In this document: one piece after another, positions 12,536 to 26,800 of the stretch
Layout: each line of letters begins with the position of its first letter
Position numbering within the stretch: position 1 is the stretch's first letter
Assembly: GCF_964204645.1 (NCBI RefSeq)
Contig: NC_134029.1
Location: 23,988,950 to 24,052,949 of the forward strand
Source of the DNA: Tubulanus polymorphus
Lineage: Eukaryota; Animalia; Nemertea
Direction: 5' to 3'
DNA: 64,000 nt
Program-made: the position numbers and the translations under genes
Notes under the pieces: model-generated
Told to the model about the DNA's origin: nothing
Seen by the model: the letters and a program-made list of their open reading frames with translations, nothing else
The model's database searches: none

Positions 12536-15500
12536 GTAAGACAATATTTCCATATTTCCTCTTTCGAGCTGACTTACAAAACAAGTAACGAGATGATTCA
12601 TCTTAATGAAGGTGTTCATTAGTAAGCAAAATATGTGTATAATCTTAAGGTAAGCTGGGACCAAAGTTAGGAATAATTGGAGAAATTATCAGGTATTCTA
12701 TTAGGATGAACTAATATTCAATTTAAACGACAGGATGATAAATTACGTGTGTTAATAAATGAACTGACGGTCGCCCAGCGCGTGTCGGGTCAGAATAACC
12801 GTTCGGTAATGAATAGCTAATTTTTAAGCGCGCGACACCGCGTATACGTATCGACTGTCAACGTCGTTTTATTAACATTATTATTAAAGTCGAACGTTTT
12901 AACGGCCGTGAAAACTAACAACAAAAACTAGATGGCAAAATGTAATTACACGTTAAATCCTGACTAATCGAGTTCGGTAGGTGTCGATTCATATGGAAAT
13001 ATCATTCGCGAAGAACAGTCGAAATATAGATTAACCGAGTGAATAAGAGAAAATCATTTCTATTATTTGGTTATTAATGGCGTCGGAGGATGTTCATTTA
13101 TCATGATCTATGTCGTATTAGCACTATGTGGCTCGTTTCTTTTGTTGATAATTGTCGGTTGCCTAAGAAGATTAAGTCCTAAAAGCGTCAACGTGCACCT
13201 CTACCCCGTCCCGTATCGACGATCTACGACACTTTTTCTTCCTCAACTCGTTTGTCGGCTTGCGTCACATTCATTTATCTTTTTAGTACGAACATTTGAA
13301 AAAATAGCGCTAACAGATTGACGGTTTTTGAATGTTGCTCACGAGAAGATGGAGATTTTAGAAAGGTTTCCAGTTGATGACTTAAGACTGAGGACGAATG
13401 ACGAAAGTATTAATGACTAAGTTTACCTTTGATGATTTGGCATGGATTTCAAATACACTAGATTTGAGATTTATTTACCTATTTACAGCAGGTGATAGGT
13501 ATCACGTAAAACCAGTTCCCCGCAGCACTATATAATGCCTGAGCGCCAACGAAAAAAACTTCACTGGGAAAAAGTCATAAACATGATGATTACAGCAGTT
13601 TGAGATGTTATTTCTTAGTGCGAACTGAATGAGGCGAGCTATTATTCTTTTTGACATCTCTAGTATCAAGTTTTCACAGAAACAATAAGTTTATTTCGCC
13701 TCGTCGACATCTTTTCTTTATCTCAACTATTTGTTTCGTTTTCCGGTTGGTTTTGTGGTTTTCTAACGAGGAGCTTATAATATAATAAAGAGTTTCTTCA
13801 GTCGGATTTTTGACTTCCTCAATCTACAATCGTCCACTATAGGCAACAGGTTTTCTGAGGAGAACACAGCCCATTTCGATTATTTACAATTGTTTTAATT
13901 GTAATTGTGGATGCGATTGTGGTTCTCATTTGGATGGGAACTCGATGTGAACTGCATTTGGCCTATAGTTGTCATTTTATTACCCATCAAAAAGGGAACC
14001 TCAAAATATAAGACACTAAAATGATAACATATTCGACAAGTTTACTCACAAAAGAACATTCAACCAAAAGTAAACTCTGTATACAATGACGGGTTTCTAA
14101 TTATCTTTCTCTGCATTGCGCTGTTGGCTTGAATAATTTCCATAGATATTGTTTTTCGTCTTTTAGACTTGGGTAAACATTTTTTTCTAGATTAAGTATA
14201 TCTTAAGTATTCTTTTCTTTCGCGAAGCACCGAATACTTATCGGCTGGCAGAAATCAATGAACACGGATACTGCAGAATGGATGCTCGTTATTATTCGTA
14301 TTTTCAACTCGACATAATTATATTTTCAATAATTCTTATTGAAGTACTGCTCTAACAGCGCGAGCCTGCTGACTATACATAGCAGTGCTTGTGATTTCAT
14401 TAATTAACATTCCGCGTCCTGTCACCCCTACCGACAACGACTGCAAAAGTAATCTTTAAAATCTTCGGCATCGAAAAATTCAATCCTCTCTTAAATTTTC
14501 ATATTTCAGTCCTTTGTTATAAGTGGTGGTAGTTGCAACGGAGTGATAGGCATAAATCATGTCAAGTTTTGTCGCATATTAGAAGGCAAATAATAATTGT
14601 AAACATCGCCTGATAGACAAAACGAAAATATTGTTCTAAGTATTCAGTTTTGAGTGGGATTTGTTGTCTTTTCTATTGTGAATGTAGCGCATTTTGAACA
14701 GTACTTAACGCGCGATCAGCTATTTCGTTCAGTTTGTCTTGTTTGCAAAGCACTAGACAACATCGACAGAATAGCAATGTAATGTTCATTCGAATTCAAA
14801 TTGAATTTTACAGATTGACGTAAAAATGTTACTGAAGGGCCTATTTATAAAAAAGAGTTCGAGTTACAATGCCGATGAACTAAACAGCGTTCGTTGTTTG
14901 GCCAAGTTTGAATATAAAGGAGCTGCGCCCGACGTTACAACATCTGTCGTGAAAAAAAAAAAAACAACTCAGTCGATTAAAGGAAGGAAATCCGATATAT
15001 TTCTTGTCGCGGTGAAACATCCGCGTAAACAATCATAGATAAACCGAACACACGCCTATTTTCATATACATTGAAAACAAACTTCGTTCCAAACATTCGT
15101 GGAATGAGGCTCGAAAACTATGGCCTGATTTTCCGTGAAAAAAAAAAACAAACATTCGAACAAATCAATAGCGATTCAATAGAATATCAACACATTATTC
15201 GTTTTGAATTCTGACTAAAACTGCGGATAATTTACTGTCGAAACGTTTGAATTGTAACAGACTGTAATTGATATTCTTTACGTCGCTATTTCGTCTTAAA
15301 AACGATCGTCGTTATTAGTTCTATTTAAGGATAATTGCACGAATTCGAAGAATAAACTCGAATTCTCGAAAGAACTCAAAATACATAGATCAAAATATTC
15401 GTGTGTTGTGTGAACACACACATCTCTCGCCGTCCTTGCACAATAAAACATACCTGAATAACCAGAACATGCCAACGACGTTATTTGCTAAAGAAGATTT

Positions 15501-18194
15501 ATTTTCCTTTTGCACAAAAGTCAAAATTACTTTGACTGACTTTTTTATCGCATAATAAAAGTCATCCCGGTGCAAAAGTAGATTGCCCGGGTCGTTTTAA
15601 CATTTGAATGATCCCTGTCCAACGAGCGCGGGCTTGACACTTCAGCGCCTTAGAAACACTTCATTTCGCGTTATTCGAACTTATTCCAAACTAGGTTAAT
15701 TGTCATAAAATGCATAAATATGTAAAGTATATATTTATTTTTGTGTGAATAAATCATGATATGTTTGATTGTAAGTAAATTGAGGTATCTCTTGATCCAG
15801 TTTTTACCATACTGCGTCATCGACTCTCACACGTTTTAAGTATGATATACACCGTTCAGAATTGACCTCTTATGCAGCCGCCAAAGCTTTAAGATTCAGC
15901 CGAGCCCAAAGCGAACTTCGGATGAATAAAAATAAATAGAAATGTGAACGAGTGAATAATCTATTTCGTCGAATCGGTTTAAATATCGTAAATTTTTCAT
16001 ATGAATTCCTTCGAATTGACTCGAATATCGTTATTTGTAATTTTCGAATGGAAATATTTCAGTGCTTTTATAAAGTGCTGATATTCTGATTCGCTTAATG
16101 ATAATAACAATACTAATAATGCAGTAACAATAAATTACATCGATCTGACAACATTAATGAAAAAAGAAATGTCTTCAAACCGGTTCTATGGAAATAGATC
16201 TCGTTTCGCGTTTGACTCATTCTATTTTTCGGGCACGTTTCAATCGTAAATTATGATTATTTTCGTTCAAAGGAAAACAAATAAAGAAATCAACTCGAAC
16301 AATTGCTATTTGATATAGATAAACCTGAAAAGATATGCAATGACACAAATATATCATTGACTCAGGAATGAAAATGTGTTCTATTCAAATCTTTAAGGCA
16401 TTCGTAGTTCGTGACATTTTGCTCCGAAACAAGTTTCAAACAGTGATAATATGATTAGTTTCCTGCAGGGAGGATTTCTAATCTGATAATCATTCCGTAT
16501 TAATCTTGTCAATGTCCAGAAAGGGGATTTCAGTTTTTAGTATCGATCGTCAATATTTTAGTTTTTATATCAATAGAATTTCCATTCACTTATCGCCCAT
16601 TCATAGTCTTCAGTTTACGTGATGCGTGAATCGTCGATAATTTTCCATTCGACTTGAGACCTGAGCGCTAATTCTACACAAGTCATGTCTACAGTTGAGC
16701 AAACGATTCTTCCACCGATCTGCTAAAACGTTAAAACCCCTTATTTATAGAATTACTACAATAATGTCCCTTGATGATTTTAAATACGCAGAAATGAATA
16801 TAAATACTGACCGATTTAGTGTGTGTTTATCATCTGAATGACTGAGCATTCAGTTCATTTATATATAATTCGCTCCTCTTTCGCGGGGCTCATTAATCTC
16901 TTCGAAGTCACTGGAAGCACATTTTGTATCAACAACTTTGCCGTTCTAGCCTCGAAACTTAAACACAAATGAATAAATTAATTTCACTGTCTATTTGTTT
17001 ACGTGATCAATAATATCGTAGCGTATCCGTCATTAACCAACGGTGCGTCGGGTTCGGAACGTTAAAACAGGATGCCACAAGATTATTTTGAGAAATAAAG
17101 ATGAAAGGTCTCTGCTTAAGTGGCTTCGAGTGTAAGCTGTATGCCGTGGAAGTTTTTGTGTCTGTTGGTGGCGCTCAGTGAATGCGCTGTAATGATCGAA
17201 TAAAAATGAAATAATTGATAGAAGGAATGTCCAGTGCAATGACAGTGAAGTGGTCACTATAGTTGGTAATTCGGTCACACGATTCGCTCTTCGCTGTTTA
17301 GTGGTGAATATCATGTGCACTTTCTGAACCTGCTCACTCGACATAGGACACCTATTTCTTATACTCTCGTCTTTTTCATTCGTATATTTGTTGATTTGTC
17401 ATTACCGGTATAAGGGTCGACGAACGTTCACTGAGCTGGTGTTAAAGATGCTCAGAGACAGATGCTCGAGCTAAAACGCGGGCGAACGGTTAGAAAGCAT
17501 TTCAATGTTTGTAAATCAGAAATTCGCCTCGGTTTCTATTGCCCGATAAACAGATGAATGTTGATGCGGGTTGGAGTTATTTGTTGAGTCAATTTGATAT
17601 GTAAACAATGATCAAACCGGTGACAATTCCGAGTCAATACGAAAGCCGTTGACTTTGTCGTTCAGTTTCGGTCATTTCTTGCTAGTGAAAGCCGACAATT
17701 TCGTACTAAGTTAATTGATGAGTTTCGACTTTGTCACGGAGAGCTCTTTGTATTGTTTCACTGGCTTTGTTTGAAATAACTAAATAGCGGCAAAGACGAA
17801 CAAAGAAACTCGAAATCGTTCCACAATTAACAGAAAGCCAGTTTACCTTTCCATACGTTCGTTTGCTTAGATAAACAAATACACACGGCTCGCTAGTTTC
17901 TCAAACTCACGTTGTTGTTTTGAGAGTAAATTTTGTGCTAGTGATTTCTATTTGTTTGAAATCTAATGATAGTGTATTTACGTAGGTTAATAATCCCTAA
18001 TGGATATATGCACGAGAGGCTTAGTAACTTGTGACACTTTGTGTTAATGAACCCCACCTTGCGTTTGTTGATTCGGAGGGATTGTTTGGACCGAGCGTTC
18101 ACATGGCGACTCGATACTCAACATCACCGAGAAGTAAAACCCATATCGAAAATTGGACACTCATTTTAAGGGGGTTTTGTCTGGGCTGACCAGA

Positions 18195-18320
18195 GGGGTC
18201 AGTAGCACAGTCATAGACATCTAAGGCCAGTCTAAGACTATATTGGTTCTATAGCAAATATAACAGCTAAAGACCAATCTTAACCATTTTCGGACTGAAA
18301 CCAGGACTGTGTAACTGGGA
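18195..18320. mobile_element. MITE family C, in dac intron 1
   Basis: Imperfect TIRs ggggtcagtagcacagtc / gactgtgtaactggga; shares taagattggt and gactgtgctactga with the inverted copy at 56460-56591. Confidence 0.6.
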
Positions 18321-20306
18321 TCTGAAAAGCGTCTAGATTTCGTTCTCATTACGTCTGCTGACGACGCTGCATCATTGATGACGTCATAGAGTGGCGACGG
18401 ATGCAAGTGCACACACACCAAACGTCTGCCCGTTTTGTCAGAACGAGGCGTCGACGTGCAATTCAATCTTTTAGCAATATTATTATTAATTTCAGTGGAT
18501 GATGAATGCGATTGCGTGAGCGAAGCCATGCACGCCCGGTCGAGTTTACCGAGATCGAAATCGGAGTAATTTATATCAAATCGAATTACAAATAAAAACG
18601 AGGCCATTATAACGTATATACGCGTAATAATCAATCATATCGCGGTCTATAATGGAATTCTATATCTTACCGCATTGCCATAGAAAATGACTTAAGAGTT
18701 TGTGTTTCAAACGGCAATAAACACACGCTCAATAATTTCCTCGGTGTATGTCGTGCAGATCTGCAATGTTTAATTGGATTGTTATTTTCCATCTGTTTTC
18801 GCCGGGGCCATGATTAATTAAATCTAAACAAATGAAATATCACTCAACCGATTCTTATTCATTATAAATGAGTTCGGGCCATGAATTGTGTTTGATACGC
18901 GTGCGCCGCGCGCACACCGAATACTAGAAGAAGCGCGGGTGTGTGCTTCGAGGCGCGCACCGTGCCCGCCGGAGCGCGGAAATAGAAAATATCCATTGCT
19001 TTAAGATTGATTAGTAATAAAAGGATTGGCCACGCGTTTTATTCCAATTCATTTCTGTAGATTGTGTAAATAATTAAACAGCGATAAAGGTACAAATATG
19101 GCTGCAGCGGCGACGACTGGTGCGCGGAAGGCTGCTGCGCTTGTCACTATTAAAGATTGATTTTCTCTCGGCGTTTAAAAGCTTTTTGAGTCAACATCAG
19201 GAATCAGATTTTCCAATTTGTTCATTCGAATTGATGACTGTTTGATAACGTCGGATTTCATTTTTACGCGTGTCTCCGTAACCAATCTATCGAAATTATT
19301 TACCATTTAGATTAAAGAAAAATCCCTATTTATTATTCATTTCGTGCTTTGTGAATTGTAGAGTCCTGAGTTGTTTGAGATAGAAATCTAGGATCAACGA
19401 AAACAATTATCTAGCCTGCGGTCTGCAGATTATGAAAGTTCTAGAAAACGGACAATCATTCATCTCATTTTGATAGCGGCGGATTCTGTAGACACGGAAA
19501 AGGCTACGTGTCCACTCGTGTTTGCGGTTCAGAATATTTGAGAATTCGATTGTCGAATTCTAATCCTGGATAACACGTGTTCTATCTCTCTATCTCTCTA
19601 TCTAGTTTTCTTACTTCTCTTCGTTTCATGAGAAATCATCGTTATATACCCGGCGCGCACCTCAAACCCCGATAAGAAAGACGTTTTTACAGTTGTTATT
19701 TTCTTCGTTTGAGCCGAAAATTTATCTTCTCTCGCGCGGATTAAGCAACGAACGAATCGACGGTATGAATACGATTGGCGCGCGGCGTTATCCAAACCAC
19801 TGCGAGATTAGAAGCTGCGGTCATTAATGACTATTTGATCGTCGAGATAGAACTCGAATTCTAGAGCGATATCGTGTCACTGATGCGTGTGATATTCACT
19901 CGAACTGCGCTCTCTAATCTTCGATCTAAACATCGACTCCTCAAAACACGTGTATATAAAGAAATCAGTAATAGTTTTTATTCGTCAATTAATCAAACGT
20001 TGAGTGAACTGTAAAGCGCCTATTGCCGCAAGTATCTAGATAAAAACGACCGATTTATGTTCCGATTCCACCTGTCTGTGTTATAGTAAAGCGTTATGAT
20101 AAATGTAATAAACCACGACTGTTGTTATGTAATTACCACCAACTCTCAAGATTTTCAGACGTGAGCAGTTTTTTTTAACGTTCATTTCTGGTCTGTATCA
20201 GCAGTCGATAGACGAGTGAGCAAAAATATCACGTCTTCTCAGTGTCACTCGGTGCACGATAAACTTCACGTTAAAAGTTTAATGTATAATATCGAATAAT
20301 CTCAAT

Positions 20307-20373
20307 ATGTATGTGAGTGTCTGTATGTATGTGAGTGTATGTGTGTATGTGAGTGTATGTGTGTATGTGTGTG
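20307..20373. repeat. (GT)-type compound microsatellite
   Basis: atgtatgtgagtgt units. Confidence 0.85.
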
Positions 20374-20792
20374 GAATGGACAGATGTGTGAACGGGTAAT
20401 TGCTTCAATTACTGTAAAATCTTAATTTGGCGGTGAACAAAAAACTAAAACAGATGGGCCGTGAGTCGGCTTTCCAGTTAAATGGCAATTAAAACGGATA
20501 GAAATCTTAAGAATTTTTCAGAACTATTGAAATTGAATGCTAGAATAACAATGAATGCGGTTTTCGGATTTTGGATTTTATTTTTCGCGTTCTCGTTCGA
20601 ACAATGGATACATTACTGCTAGGCTACTTTACAATAAGTGATGCCGCGGGTTTATACACAGACAAAGGCGTGATCCTGTTGGAAAAATCACAGCATCTGA
20701 CAGATTCTAAATAATAGCTATTTCGTTTTTTTCGTCGATTTATTAATGTCTACGTAGCCAACGGTTTACTGGGACAATTGCGGTTTTTAGAC

Positions 20793-20895
20793 GGCCCAGT
20801 TCCACAGTTGTAGGTTTACAGTTAAATCAAGATTAGTTCTTTCAATGTTTTAACCCTCGAGTCAAATCTTAACTTACAACTGGTGGAACTGGTTT
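20793..20895. mobile_element. MITE family B, in dac intron 1
   Basis: TIRs ccagttccacagttgta / tacaactggtggaactgg; same terminus as the copies at 31092 and 51580. Confidence 0.7.
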
Positions 20896-23800
20896 GGATA
20901 GAAATAACCGGTCTGATGAAACAATGACAAGCCTTCGCACGATTAGGGTTAATTGAAAAACATTTCTATGATTTAGTCGTTATATTTTCTGGGTTGGGTC
21001 TGTTAGTTCTAGGTATAGTTATAACGACGTGACTTCTTGTCTTTCTTCATTGGCTTAGCATCGGAAACAATCGAGTCGCAGTTGAAACGAATTGACAGTA
21101 TGATTCCTGTGTAAACAGCAATCAACGTTTTTCCTGTCGAGCGGCATTCATTCAGTCACATTTCCTCAATTAATTCGACATTTCGCCGAATCATAAAATC
21201 ATATTTGCTCGAGTTCTGTATCTGATTTCGCGACGTCGCGCACTTGATGGAATCGTTTATCAATCTTTGTAAATGTAGACGTGTTTGAGACTTGACAGCG
21301 AATATCTCTTAATGGTATTTAGATGAGAAATTTAACTATTGAATCTCATCGAATCGACTTCCGCGTTGTTCCTTGGTAATGGAATATTCAAATATCAAAA
21401 CATTCAGACGTTTCTTTTTTGGTAAAGGTCTCAGTATAAGAAATCCGTATGATTTATGCAAGTATTCCTGACGAGCATCGAGAATATTTTTACCGCGAAA
21501 CACTTTGTTCTTCTAATAGCAAAGCGATGTCACGACACAATACACAACTATTCCGACTTCAGACGAAATCTTTTAACAGTAAAAACAACCGCCAAATCGC
21601 AACATTTATGGCTCTCAGTTGGAAAAACTGTTTTCGTTTGGTTTCTGAAATATTCTCGGAAACGCCGCGCGCGGCTCATGCAGATTAATTCGATTCGTTG
21701 CATTAGAAAAATAACTACTTAAGACTTCAACTTCGGAGTGGCTCAGTTTGCCGCGGCGGAGAAAATATTGTGTTACATTTTCTGCAAAGCAAATGGATTA
21801 AGAGAGGTATGCTTTAATGGATCAATATTTGCATTTGATAGAAACCTTACTATCTTTCTCTCGCTGTGATTCAGCATTTTGCAAATAGCTTTACTGATAC
21901 GGATGCTATACGCGCTTATTAATTGCCTGTCGAGTGATGATATTCGTTTGATTCGCGAAAGCTGTATTTTTTCCGAAGTGACAAGATGAAGATACGTTCA
22001 CCTGTTCGGTGTTCACTAGCGCGTAACCGTATTGATAAAATGATCCTTTCACCGGCGCCGAATAACTCTTATTTCAGACGCAGATTTGATTTTGATCGTC
22101 GGATAATGATCACGTGCAGCGGGCGTGATCCGGTCAGTTGATCTCATCCCATTCCACACACAATCAACAGTAATTTTGACGTAGTAAAAACCTGTACAAA
22201 AATGTTCCATTTCTAACTACTCTGCGTTATTCAAGGGATTGTGTGTATGTCGAGTTGTGCATTACGTCATCAATATTGGCTTTTCAAAAACAATTACGAT
22301 TGTGGAAATTGGCGTTAATTTCACAATTGATTAAATCTCAGGACACTTTTTTCCTATTCAATAAATCTTCATATTTTGATAATGAATCTTGAAAGCAATG
22401 GAAATATTGTGGATGTGCACTATACGTCATCGATATTGGGGCTAGGCTGTTTGCCAATCAATTCAATTGTCGATACAAATTCAAAAGTAATTTACTGATC
22501 TTTTATAAGATGTTATCCATTTTTGACGAGGTGTGTTAGTTTTCAAGGCGTCAATAGACTTTCAGGTTTTGTTTTTTTGTTGTTTATCACATTTAGGCTG
22601 AACAAACAAAGACCGAACTGCACCAGTGGAGAATTATTAATCACAATACGAGCCGCCGAGAATTATTAACACGACGAAAATGCGGTTTATATTCAGTGAT
22701 TTATGTTTAATTAAAAAAACTCCCAATCAGATATACGATAATAAAAGTCATGAAATAATTCACCGATTCTACGATATTACAGGTAATAATCAGACCGTCG
22801 ACACACCCCTGCACATCAGAACTCTTATCTTTTGCCATCTAACGCCATTGTGATATTTCCGAGTGGCTTTTTAGTGGCAAATTAATCCGCCATCGTCATC
22901 ATAACAATAATTTACAGGGTTTGGAGTTATTGCTCGTGAGTGGTGGCGTAGGCCAGATTTAGCGGAGTTAGTGTTATTATTATGCGAGGCCAGATGACCG
23001 TTCTCACGATATCACGCGTGCTAGTCGACTATCCGAATCGAGCACAACTCGCAACCAATCTGACATTGCGCAGTTCATTTAGCAAGATTTATGGCGAAAC
23101 GACCAGAGAAGTTATTATATTAAAGAAAAGAAACAATAACGGCTATTATTACGTTTCCAGGTACCAAATGCCCGTGATGTTTGGATTGGCCATAAAAATA
23201 GTTCGAACGCGAATAATTGGCTGCCGGCGATGATTGGCGTAATATACCGCCGAAATATAGTCTCCGTGGTCAACGTCAATGCATTTCTACCCACTTACGT
23301 TATCACGAAGCTTTTTCTAGATCTAAGTCAAAGTTCCATCTTGTTATATTCGCGACTCCAATGCGGCCATTTTGAAATCGATTATCAAACTCGGAACGTG
23401 ACTTGTCGCCGAGAATTTCATATCATATTATGAAGCATTACATTCGAAATTAAGATTTATCATTTATATCATTTATACTTCTTAGAAGTTGCTCGTGAAT
23501 ATCGCTGAGCAGATATTGAATTTTCGATGCCAATCTTGTTATTCTATTATCTCGCATTATGGCGTTTTACGACGCTATAACTACGTGTATATTTTGACCT
23601 CGGCAAAATGGAATACTTTGTAATGCGCAGTGCTAATAATTATATCCGACGACATTTATTTCTCGAGGCATATGATTTGTTTGTGATAGGGAACCGGATT
23701 GCCACATAACATCTGATTTAAGTGGAAAATTTATACGCCGCCGAAGCCCTTGGAACGATAAATTAATGGTCCGACTACAACAAAGTTGACAGCCGAACGC

Positions 23801-26800
23801 CGAAGACTGTGCGTCTCTTTGAACTCGTAGCCGACAATCCTCCGGAATCCGAATTATTGCGCTTTGTAGTGCGATGATTGACTCTGCCTCCACTAGTTCT
23901 CGCTATTCGACGCTTATTAAATATTTTAATTGAATTTCGTCTGTCTTGTCGTTTAATGGCGTAATACGATACGGCTTAACCAACGCCCCACAGCATCAGA
24001 CACAACCGGTGTCTGCGAAAACAAACCCAACGTTCTTTCATTATTTCTCGAATATAGCCTGTTATCAAAGCGTCGTCTTGTCTTCTTTAGGAAGTCTGAT
24101 CTGCAGGTTGCGAATAGTTCTTTCGATATCGAATTTCTTTGACCGATTTCGGATTCTCAGGTCGAGGGGATGCGTGTACTGTCCGATCAAACCTTTTCCA
24201 ATATCGTATAGCCTTTCTAGTTTTCCTAAATGTTTTCGGCTTAAAAAAACAATATTTTCCACGTGTGGCGTTTTATTTCTTTTCACAAAAAACTATTCGA
24301 TACTAATCTGAGATTATGAATTGCGTGTTGAAATAATCTGTAATCTTGAGATCCAATTTCTGAGAGAAGCAACTCGAAGATTAACTCACTGATTGAAGGC
24401 GCAGTTTTAGTCGCTATTGTTCGTACGGATTTCTTTGTGTAATCCGAGAGACAAGATTTATTTCTTTTCATTCGACGATTGAAAATTTGACTTTCATTTC
24501 AATAGGTTTTAAAAAAGATTTCGGGTCGTGCGAGTTGCGTTATTTGTTCAATTTAGAGTCCAAATGTTACCAACTCGTATCCGATTAAGGATATTTTCGT
24601 TTCGATGCTCGTACGAGACTGAAGCGATTTGATGAATGGGATTTGAAGCAAAACCGGTTTCTCGAATCTGAAAAATAACTGCCTTAAGTAGCTTTTTATC
24701 TACACGACCACGTTTGACAGAAGCTATAATTCTTGCAGCAAAACGCGAAATAGGACAAGACAAAATTCATAGAATGCGCAGAAGCATCAAACGTTGTTTT
24801 TTTCTATAATGTTTGCCGCAGAAAATTTAGATGACTCAAAATGTAAACAAAATGAATTCGAAAAATTCAAACCCTAAACGTGACGAACAATAGAATCATA
24901 AAATTAATGTATTTCTGGTATCGTTGACACGCCAATTCATGTCGACACTTGAAAAAACCCCGACGGTGCGCTTTCTTTCCACGCAAACTCATATCTACGC
25001 ATTCGAACACAGAATACTAGAGTACACGTGTAAAATACTCGAAATCTATTGTATATCATGACCGTTGCTGACTATTATTTACGATCTTTACCCTTATCAG
25101 CTATTCAAACCGGGAAAAGAAATAAAACTAAAATTCACGAACGAGCCGGAATGATTTTTTGTTATCATTATCGGCACTCGGGGTTTTATTTGTGAGCCAT
25201 TAAATTTCATGTTTTAATGGAACGGCTTTAAAAAACGCCAACAGATAACGAATAAAAAGCCTTCTGTTTGTTGAATGCAGTTGATTTGCAACTGATAAGA
25301 ATTTATGGACAAATGTTTTTATTATAGCCAGGCGTCGGGAGATAAATGTCGGTTTTATGAATTTCTGTAACTAAACAGTTACACTAACCCAATCACAAAA
25401 TATACATAAAGTTCTGTTCTCTACTTTTTAACTCGTACTAGAATATCTAGGATAGGGAATTTATCCTATATCACCAGAGCAGTGAAGATCAGATCCGTTG
25501 TACACATGGCCCGGCACTCGACCATTTTGGCCATATTTAATGAATTATGACTTGATACGATATGAAAGATTTATCAATGATAAATTCAGGCGTGAGTTTT
25601 ACCAGATTAATCTTATTTAGAGTTGAATTGACGTTAATAATAAACGTTGCGATGGTCATTAGTATGAATTCTAATCGCTGCAATCATTCATATGCTTATT
25701 AGAATCTTCAATGCGCGTAGTTTTGAAATTATACGGCGACAATTCCGGTATAAGCCGCTTCCATCTGAAACACGGTAACTTGAATGATAAGCAAATAACA
25801 TTTGTAGTTACGATAACGAAATAGAAGACGCGTTTGAATAGCATTAAATGCGGCTGTATTTAAGACATTAAGTGTTTGATAAACACACCAGAATCTTTCC
25901 TCCACATCCAACGTATTTAATTGCTATTTGCCATATTCAGTTCGTCAATTATCAAATAGTAAATATTAAATCGTTCTGTATCTGTGTCATTGAAAGCTTT
26001 GACAGTTAGTCGCCAAGTTTTCCTGACTTCTAAAAGGAGTTTGAGAGTGTCACCTTTACCAGTAAAGACTTACAAGACGCAACCTCTCGTGTTGATATTC
26101 ATGGCAAGTTACCCCACTGTGAGGATGCCTTTTCAACAGAGATACAAATATATCTCATAGCTTTACAATTTGGTAGAACTAAAATTTTCTTTGTTTCGAT
26201 TTTTGTTAGGGATGTAATGAATCGACCTTGACTCTATTGAAATAACCAATAGTGGACGACCCCGAAATTTTCCTCGAATTTATAGTGATAGGTATCTTTC
26301 TGATTTGGATACAAACTGATAAGTTTCGCTCGCATTTAGAGCCACGTACTCAAAACAAATGCGACGTTACTCGTCTCTGTCTCTCTCTCTTCGTGTATTT
26401 CATATTTCAAAGCAATAAAATAGAGCTACTCCAAATACACGGATATTTAATTATCGGAATAAGACGAACGTTTTTCACGATATAAAGAAGACAAAGTATT
26501 TACATTTATACTCGACGAAATTGTTTCTTCAAACATCGCGCTGTCAATATACAAAAACTAATTCAATCACCAATTGGCTCATTCGTGAAGAAGTTTATTT
26601 ACTTCTCCGGCGAAAGTAACTCTTTACGAAGACACTCGCGGTTTTAAATTGATAGCAAAGCGGTGTTTTAACGGTTTTCGCGTCGCTACTCAATTGCTGA
26701 TAGATATTAAGCGAGGCCACACAATTGAAATCCGTGTTTCTCGTCGCATTTTTCCATGATATATCATAGTAAAATTCGTTATTTGTGCTCAAATGTTTAT

